A stretch of 64,000 nucleotides of DNA from contig CBDCXM010000008.1 of assembly GCA_965223855.1 (NCBI GenBank), forward strand, positions 96,001 to 160,000, written 5' to 3'. The notes under the pieces were generated by a model. The model searched no databases. It had not been told where the DNA came from and was given only the letters and a program-made list of their open reading frames with translations. Shown piece by piece: positions 59,312 to 64,000 of the stretch. The position numbers were made by a program, and so were the translations under genes. Every line of letters begins with the position of its first letter. The stretch's first letter is position 1. The stretch comes from Candidatus Multivoradales bacterium (lineage in GTDB: Bacteria > Acidobacteriota > Thermoanaerobaculia > Multivoradales > JAHEKO01).

Positions 59312-59986
59312 ATGAGAAGACTCCAGAAGGCAGGGCGCGCGCTGCCCCTCTTCGCGTTCTCGCTGCTGCTCGCGGCGGGAGCCCGGGCCCAGGACGATTT
59401 CGGCGGCTGGGCGAACGATCCGAACAACGAGCCCGGAACCGACGATCAGCTCTTCGATCGCACCGACTCGGGCAACGTCGCGCAGTCCGCACAGTACTCG
59501 TACTCGGCAGGGCTGAGAGAGTTGAAGACCGCGGCCAAGCTCGAGGCGAAACTCGACGGGCTCGAGGGCAAGAAGCACGCCTCGACGGTCGAGAAGATCG
59601 CCAAGGCGTACAGCCGCGCCGAGAGTTCGTTCCTGGACGCGGTGAGGACCAATCCGGGGCTCGTCGAGGCTTATGTCGGCCTGGGGCAGGCGTTCCGGGC
59701 GCAGGGAAAGTCGACCGAGGCGATGCAGGTGAGCGCCAGCGGGCTCAAGGTCGCGCCCGACAACGACGAGCTCTTCGGCACCTGGGCCGGCGCCCTCCTC
59801 GACCTCAACATGCTGGGAGACGCCACACAGGCCTACACCACCTTGAAGGACGAGAATGCGGCCCGCGCCCAGATCCTCATGAGCGAGATGAAGAGCTGGC
59901 TCAAGACCCGGATGCTCGACCCGGGAGATCTCGACCCGGAAGCGGTTTCGCGTCTCGCCGAGTGGATCCGCGAGCAGGAGGGTTGA
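59312..59986 (+). CDS. Secreted TPR protein (paralog of 32850-33503)
   Basis: GGAGGAG RBS; signal peptide; AYVGLGQAF; start ATG 59306 or 59312. Confidence 0.8.
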   Translation: MRRLQKAGRALPLFAFSLLLAAGARAQDDFGGWANDPNNEPGTDDQLFDRTDSGNVAQSAQYSYSAGLRELKTAAKLEAKLDGLEGKKHASTVEKIAKAYSRAESSFLDAVRTNPGLVEAYVGLGQAFRAQGKSTEAMQVSASGLKVAPDNDELFGTWAGALLDLNMLGDATQAYTTLKDENAARAQILMSEMKSWLKTRMLDPGDLDPEAVSRLAEWIREQEG

Positions 59987-59993
59987 GGGGGCC

Positions 59994-60890
59994 TCAGGCG
60001 GCGCGCCGGCGCCCGGTCGGACGGCCGGTGAGGTGCTCCACCACCTGAGCGATCACCTGCGGATCCCGGAGGATCCGGCGGTGCCCCAGGCCTTCCGTGA
60101 GCCTCAGCTCCGCGTGCGGCCAGAGATCGATCACCCGTTCCACTTCTTCCCGGGTCACCTCCCGGTCGTCCAGGTCGTGGAAGGCGAGCAACGATTGCCG
60201 CATCGAAGGCGCCACGAGGCTCGGTAGCAGGTCAGCGAAGCGCACCTGGAAGCGCGCCTCCAACTCCTTCTGCGCCCTGCCGATGATGCCCTCCGGCAGG
60301 CCGAGCAGACGCCCGACCACCCACAGGTAGCTGCCGACGTCGTCCGGCGGCGAGAGATACACCATGCGTCCGATCGCAGCTCCGCGTGAAGCCGCCAACG
60401 TCGTCGCCGCAGAGCCCATCGAGTGGGCGATCACCGTGTCGGCGCCGCCGAGCCACTCCACGACCGCCTCGACGGCGGCGATCGCCTGCGGCATCCCGGC
60501 CTGAGCACCGGACGAGGCGCCGTGAGCCGGCAGGTCGAACCAGTTGACCTCGAACCCCTGCTCGACGAGCGGCTCGACGAACGCTCCCAGCTGACTGCCC
60601 CGGCCGCTCCAGCCGTGCACCAGCAGAACCTGGGGGCCCCCGAGGCCTCGAGAGCGGACGGCAAGCTCGTAGTCGCCGCAGCGCACGGTGTGGTGCGCCG
60701 CACCGCGCTGCCACTCCAACTCTCGGGGTGGACTCGCCGCTCGCATCGGAGTGACGAAGCCGTTTGCCAGGCGGCGAGCGGTAAGCCCGGGCGCTACCCG
60801 GGCCGTGGCTCCGAGGAGCGCCTTCAGCGCCCCCGGAAAACGCACGCTCGTGCTTTTCTTGAGGTCGACGTCTCTGGACTGTCCCTTCAC
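59994..60890 (-). CDS. Alpha/beta hydrolase
   Basis: LLVHGWSG, DLPAHG, AHSMG, GLGHRRIL. Confidence 0.88.
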   Translation of the reverse strand: MKGQSRDVDLKKSTSVRFPGALKALLGATARVAPGLTARRLANGFVTPMRAASPPRELEWQRGAAHHTVRCGDYELAVRSRGLGGPQVLLVHGWSGRGSQLGAFVEPLVEQGFEVNWFDLPAHGASSGAQAGMPQAIAAVEAVVEWLGGADTVIAHSMGSAATTLAASRGAAIGRMVYLSPPDDVGSYLWVVGRLLGLPEGIIGRAQKELEARFQVRFADLLPSLVAPSMRQSLLAFHDLDDREVTREEVERVIDLWPHAELRLTEGLGHRRILRDPQVIAQVVEHLTGRPTGRRRAA

Positions 60891-60909
60891 GACGGAACTC
60901 CTTCTTCTC

Positions 60910-61503
60910 TCAGCGATTCGCGGCGTCCGTCATCAGACGCTCGAACTGGGTCTCGGCCCGCTCTCCTGCACGCCGATCGCGCAGCAGGCGGCTCGCATGG
61001 TGGAAGGCGAGAATGATCGAGTAGAACTCGTAGGCGAACTGCTCGAGATCGAGATCGGCCCTGAAGTGCCCCTCTTCGACCCCGAGGCGGGCGGCGTGGG
61101 CGAGGCCGTCGAGCCACTCGGTCTGGTAGTGGACCAACCTCTCTCTCAAGGGGCCGGTGCGCGAGTCGAACTCGTTGGCGGCAGCGATAAAGACACAGCC
61201 CTCAGCGTTGCTGTGCCCCTCGGCCCAGGAGCGCCAGTTCGCGAACATCGCCCGTACGCGGGGTTCGCCGCGCGGCGCAGCCAGTGCCGGCCGGATGACG
61301 TGCTCGAGGAAGCGCTCCACTGCCGTTTCGAGCACCTCGAGCTGGAGGTTCTCCTTGGACTGGAAATGGCCGAAGAGGCCGCTCTTCGAGAGCCCCGCCG
61401 ACCTGGCGAGCGAACCGATCGTCAGCCCTTCGAAGCCGACTCTGGAAGCCAGGCCGAAGGCGAGGTCGAGGACCATCGCTTTGGTGGTGGCGCCCTTGCT
61501 CAT
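60910..61503 (-). CDS. TetR/AcrR transcriptional regulator
   Basis: GLTIGSLARSAGLSKSGLFGHFQSKE HTH; GCVF. Confidence 0.9.
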   Translation of the reverse strand: MSKGATTKAMVLDLAFGLASRVGFEGLTIGSLARSAGLSKSGLFGHFQSKENLQLEVLETAVERFLEHVIRPALAAPRGEPRVRAMFANWRSWAEGHSNAEGCVFIAAANEFDSRTGPLRERLVHYQTEWLDGLAHAARLGVEEGHFRADLDLEQFAYEFYSIILAFHHASRLLRDRRAGERAETQFERLMTDAANR

Positions 61504-61509
61504 CCGGGA

Positions 61510-61538
61510 ACAATACGAACGGTCGTTCTTTTTGTCAA
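61510..61538 (-). promoter_or_regulatory. Sigma70 promoter of tetR with overlapping operator
   Basis: TTGACA-N17-TATTGT 6 nt before the ATG; palindrome GAACG-GT-CGTTC (61517-61528) in the spacer. Confidence 0.75.
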
Positions 61539-61638
61539 GCGGCGTCTATCGACAAGGACTTCATCCGGCGCCTTGTCTGCAGCGTAGGAGGCATGAACGC
61601 CGCGGAGCCTCCGCAGCCCGGACCTGGAGACCGAGCCC

Positions 61639-63027
61639 ATGAAGAGAGTCCATGTTGCCGTTTGCCCTTCCCTCGCTACTCTGACCCTGGCAGCTCTGGC
61701 CCTGGCCGCCCCACTGGCCTCCCCGCTGGCCGCCGGCCCCACGGTCGTGCCGACATCGGAAGGCCAGCTGGGCATGATGCCGTCCGCCGGGGACGCCGTC
61801 ATCGGCCCCAACTTCGTCGGGCTCTCGAACAGCCGATCCATTCTCGGCAGGCTCGATCGCGACGCCGCGGGCAACTTCACGATCAACTTCTTTCTCGACG
61901 ACCTCCATACGGGCCCCAGCCCGGTCCAGATCGACGCCTTCACGGCGATCTACAACGACGTCCTCGACCGAGCGCCGACCGGCTCGACTCGCACCTCGAC
62001 TGTCAACGGAGACGAGATCGCCGGCTTCTCCTTCAGCTCCGACGGAAGCTCTCCATCAACGATGAAGGTCACGATGCCGATCTACGACGAGAACGGCACC
62101 GTGCTCACCACCGTCACCATCGACGACATCCCGACGTTCCCCGACCCGTCGATCAACGACACCGGCGTCGCGGTCGACAACCAGGGCCGGGTGACGGTCG
62201 CCTATACGGAACTGCCTGGCGGAGTCGCCAGGGTCCGGGGACAACGCTTCGACGCCGCAGGTGTACCGATCGGCGGTGCCTTCACGATCAGCCCCGACGG
62301 TCACGCCGCAACCGACGTCGCGCTGCTCGATCCCGCCGGCAACCGCCTGCTCGTCCCCTTCAGCAGGTTCGACGCGATCCGCGGCTCGATCGTCGACACC
62401 AGCGGCCCGACTCCCGTCGTCGGCCCGAGCATCCCGATCAGCACCACGCCCGCCACCTTCGCCAACCTCGCTCCGATCGTCGCCTCGGCGGTGGAGCTGG
62501 GCAGGTCGATCGTCGTGTGGGAGAACCTGAGCGGATTGCAGGGCAACCCGGTCGACATCTACGCCCGTCGGTTCGATGCCATGGGCAACCCGGTCGGTGA
62601 TGACTTCCGCGTCAACACGACTACCGCGGACGCACAGGGCCAGCCGGCGGCGGCGATGGATCCTTCGGGAGCTACTGCCGTCGTCTGGGCGGGCGACCCT
62701 CTCGTGCCCGGCCAGGAACTCGACGTTTTCCTTCAGGTCTACGGCCCGGATGGACAGCCGATCGGCCCCGAGACCGTCGTCAACACCGGCGTTGCGGGGA
62801 TTCAGGACCGCCCCGCAGTGATGTTTCTTCCCGAGCCCGATGCCCAGGGCAGGCCACAGTTCGTCGTGGCGTGGCGCGACGTCGCCGCTGCCGACGGCAG
62901 TACGCCCAACGGCACCGGTACGAGCTACAAGTGCTTCTCGATCGACGGCATCGACGACCCGACGGAGATCTTCGCCGACGGCTTCGAGAGCGGCGACACG
63001 TCGTCCTGGAGCACGACGCAGAACTGA
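61639..63027 (+). CDS. Secreted beta-rich hypothetical protein with C-terminal IFADGFESGDTSSWS tail
   Basis: Signal peptide; repeats RRFDAMGNPVGDDFRVNT / QVYGPDGQPIGPETVVNT. Confidence 0.82.
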   Translation: MKRVHVAVCPSLATLTLAALALAAPLASPLAAGPTVVPTSEGQLGMMPSAGDAVIGPNFVGLSNSRSILGRLDRDAAGNFTINFFLDDLHTGPSPVQIDAFTAIYNDVLDRAPTGSTRTSTVNGDEIAGFSFSSDGSSPSTMKVTMPIYDENGTVLTTVTIDDIPTFPDPSINDTGVAVDNQGRVTVAYTELPGGVARVRGQRFDAAGVPIGGAFTISPDGHAATDVALLDPAGNRLLVPFSRFDAIRGSIVDTSGPTPVVGPSIPISTTPATFANLAPIVASAVELGRSIVVWENLSGLQGNPVDIYARRFDAMGNPVGDDFRVNTTTADAQGQPAAAMDPSGATAVVWAGDPLVPGQELDVFLQVYGPDGQPIGPETVVNTGVAGIQDRPAVMFLPEPDAQGRPQFVVAWRDVAAADGSTPNGTGTSYKCFSIDGIDDPTEIFADGFESGDTSSWSTTQN

Positions 63028-63052
63028 CGGCCCCACAATGCCGCTCCTCGTT

Positions 63053-64000
63053 TCACTTCTCGAGCCCCACTCGCGACAGGAGAGCATCGAAACGAGGCGA
63101 AGCGCGCAGGGTGTCGTAGATCGGCCACACGGCGAGGAACACGACGAAGCGCGATCGCTCCTCACACGCCGCTTCGAGATGATCGAGAGCACGCTCGACG
63201 TCGCCCAGCCCGGTCCATACCAGCGCCCGATGGATCGATTTCGCCCCTTCCGCCTGTTCGATCGACTCCAGCACGGCGCGCGCCTCGTCCACCTCGCCCG
63301 AGAGCGCGAGTGCCCGAGCATAGGCGGCGATGAGAGCCGGGTTGCCGGACGACTGCTCGTGGGCGAGTCGAGCCTGCTCGAGCGCCGCCGACCGGTCGCC
63401 GAGAGCCTCGAGGGTGAGGGAAAGCCCGAAGCGCGCGTAAGAGAACCCCTCGTCGAGCTCCAGTGCCAGCCCGAACTGCCTTTCCGCCGCGTCGAAGCGA
63501 CGGGCGAAGTACCAGGCGAATCCGAGATCGGAGTTGATGGCCAGCGACAGCGGGTCGAGTTCCACCGCGCGCTGGGCGTGCTCGAGCGACTCGTCGTGCC
63601 GGCCGAGAGCGGCAAGCATGAAGCCGTACCAGTGGTGCGCGTTGGCGTAGCCCGGGTCTTCGGCCAGGGCGCGATGGAACTCCGCCTCGGCGCCGTTCCA
63701 GTCCCAGTCGTAGAGAAAGCGCGTGTACGCGAGAGTCGTGTGCGCCGCAGCGGACCGGGGGTCGAGGCGCAACGCCGCGAGAGCCGACTCGCGCGCCTGC
63801 GGAAAGGCATCCTGAGGCGCCACCCCTCCGTAGAAGGGCAGAAGCACCAGCGCGTCGGCCAGCCCTGCGTGCGCCGGCGAAAAGCTCGGATCGAGCGCGG
63901 TGGCGACCCGGAACTGCTCGATTGCGGCGTCGAGGTCGGCAGAGGTGCGGCGATTCCACAGAAAGCGGCCCCGCACGTAGGCGCGATAAGCGCTCGCCTC
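63053..64000 (-). CDS. TPR-containing protein, C-terminal part (typical of kinase or winged-helix/TolB-TPR proteins); 5' end outside the window
   Basis: AY.RGRFLWNRRT, AHAGLADAL, YDWDW.GAE.EF, AHHWYG, LDPLS. Confidence 0.82.
   Translation of the reverse strand, partial: EASAYRAYVRGRFLWNRRTSADLDAAIEQFRVATALDPSFSPAHAGLADALVLLPFYGGVAPQDAFPQARESALAALRLDPRSAAAHTTLAYTRFLYDWDWNGAEAEFHRALAEDPGYANAHHWYGFMLAALGRHDESLEHAQRAVELDPLSLAINSDLGFAWYFARRFDAAERQFGLALELDEGFSYARFGLSLTLEALGDRSAALEQARLAHEQSSGNPALIAAYARALALSGEVDEARAVLESIEQAEGAKSIHRALVWTGLGDVERALDHLEAACEERSRFVVFLAVWPIYDTLRASPRFDALLSRVGLEK

Noticed and set aside
1-64000. CRISPR arrays, prophage or defence systems, RiPP precursor for TldDE
   Set aside because: No repeat-spacer arrays, phage or cas genes, or convincing short precursor ORF seen; the SNF2-SWIM helicase has no defence-type neighbours.

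Overview
GC-rich bacterial chromosomal window. Gene content (TPR-rich Hanks-type kinases, PQQ-type beta-propellers, sulfatase-like proteins, IFxDGFESGD C-terminal tails) suggests Acidobacteriota, possibly Thermoanaerobaculia; this is an inference. There are about 46 protein genes plus tRNA-Sec (selC), and no integrase, transposase, CRISPR array or rRNA. Housekeeping and catabolic genes (lpdA, class I fbaB, sspB, glsA, Met gamma-lyase with Lrp, SNF2 helicase, NCS2 permease) are mixed with many secreted proteins of unknown function. Most notable: (1) two copies of a ~185-200 bp long-hairpin element with compensatory substitutions, whose (C/T)TAG termini supply the stop codons of both flanking convergent genes at both loci; (2) an 8-gene operon, TldD (Tat-like)-TldE-DUF4159-MoxR-DUF58-BatA-DUF4175-like-membrane protein, behind an ECF-like promoter; (3) two paralogous secreted propeller/E-set/esterase-fold fusions lacking the catalytic serine; (4) a shared C-terminal IFxDGFESGDTSxWS tail on two unrelated secreted proteins, one of which may have a lysyl-oxidase-like fold; (5) an MbnH-like di-heme enzyme without MbnP and without a canonical start codon for its signal peptide; (6) a degenerate GGDEF sensor; (7) many apparently leaderless or short-leader genes. 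Family assignments come from reading motifs, not from database searches.
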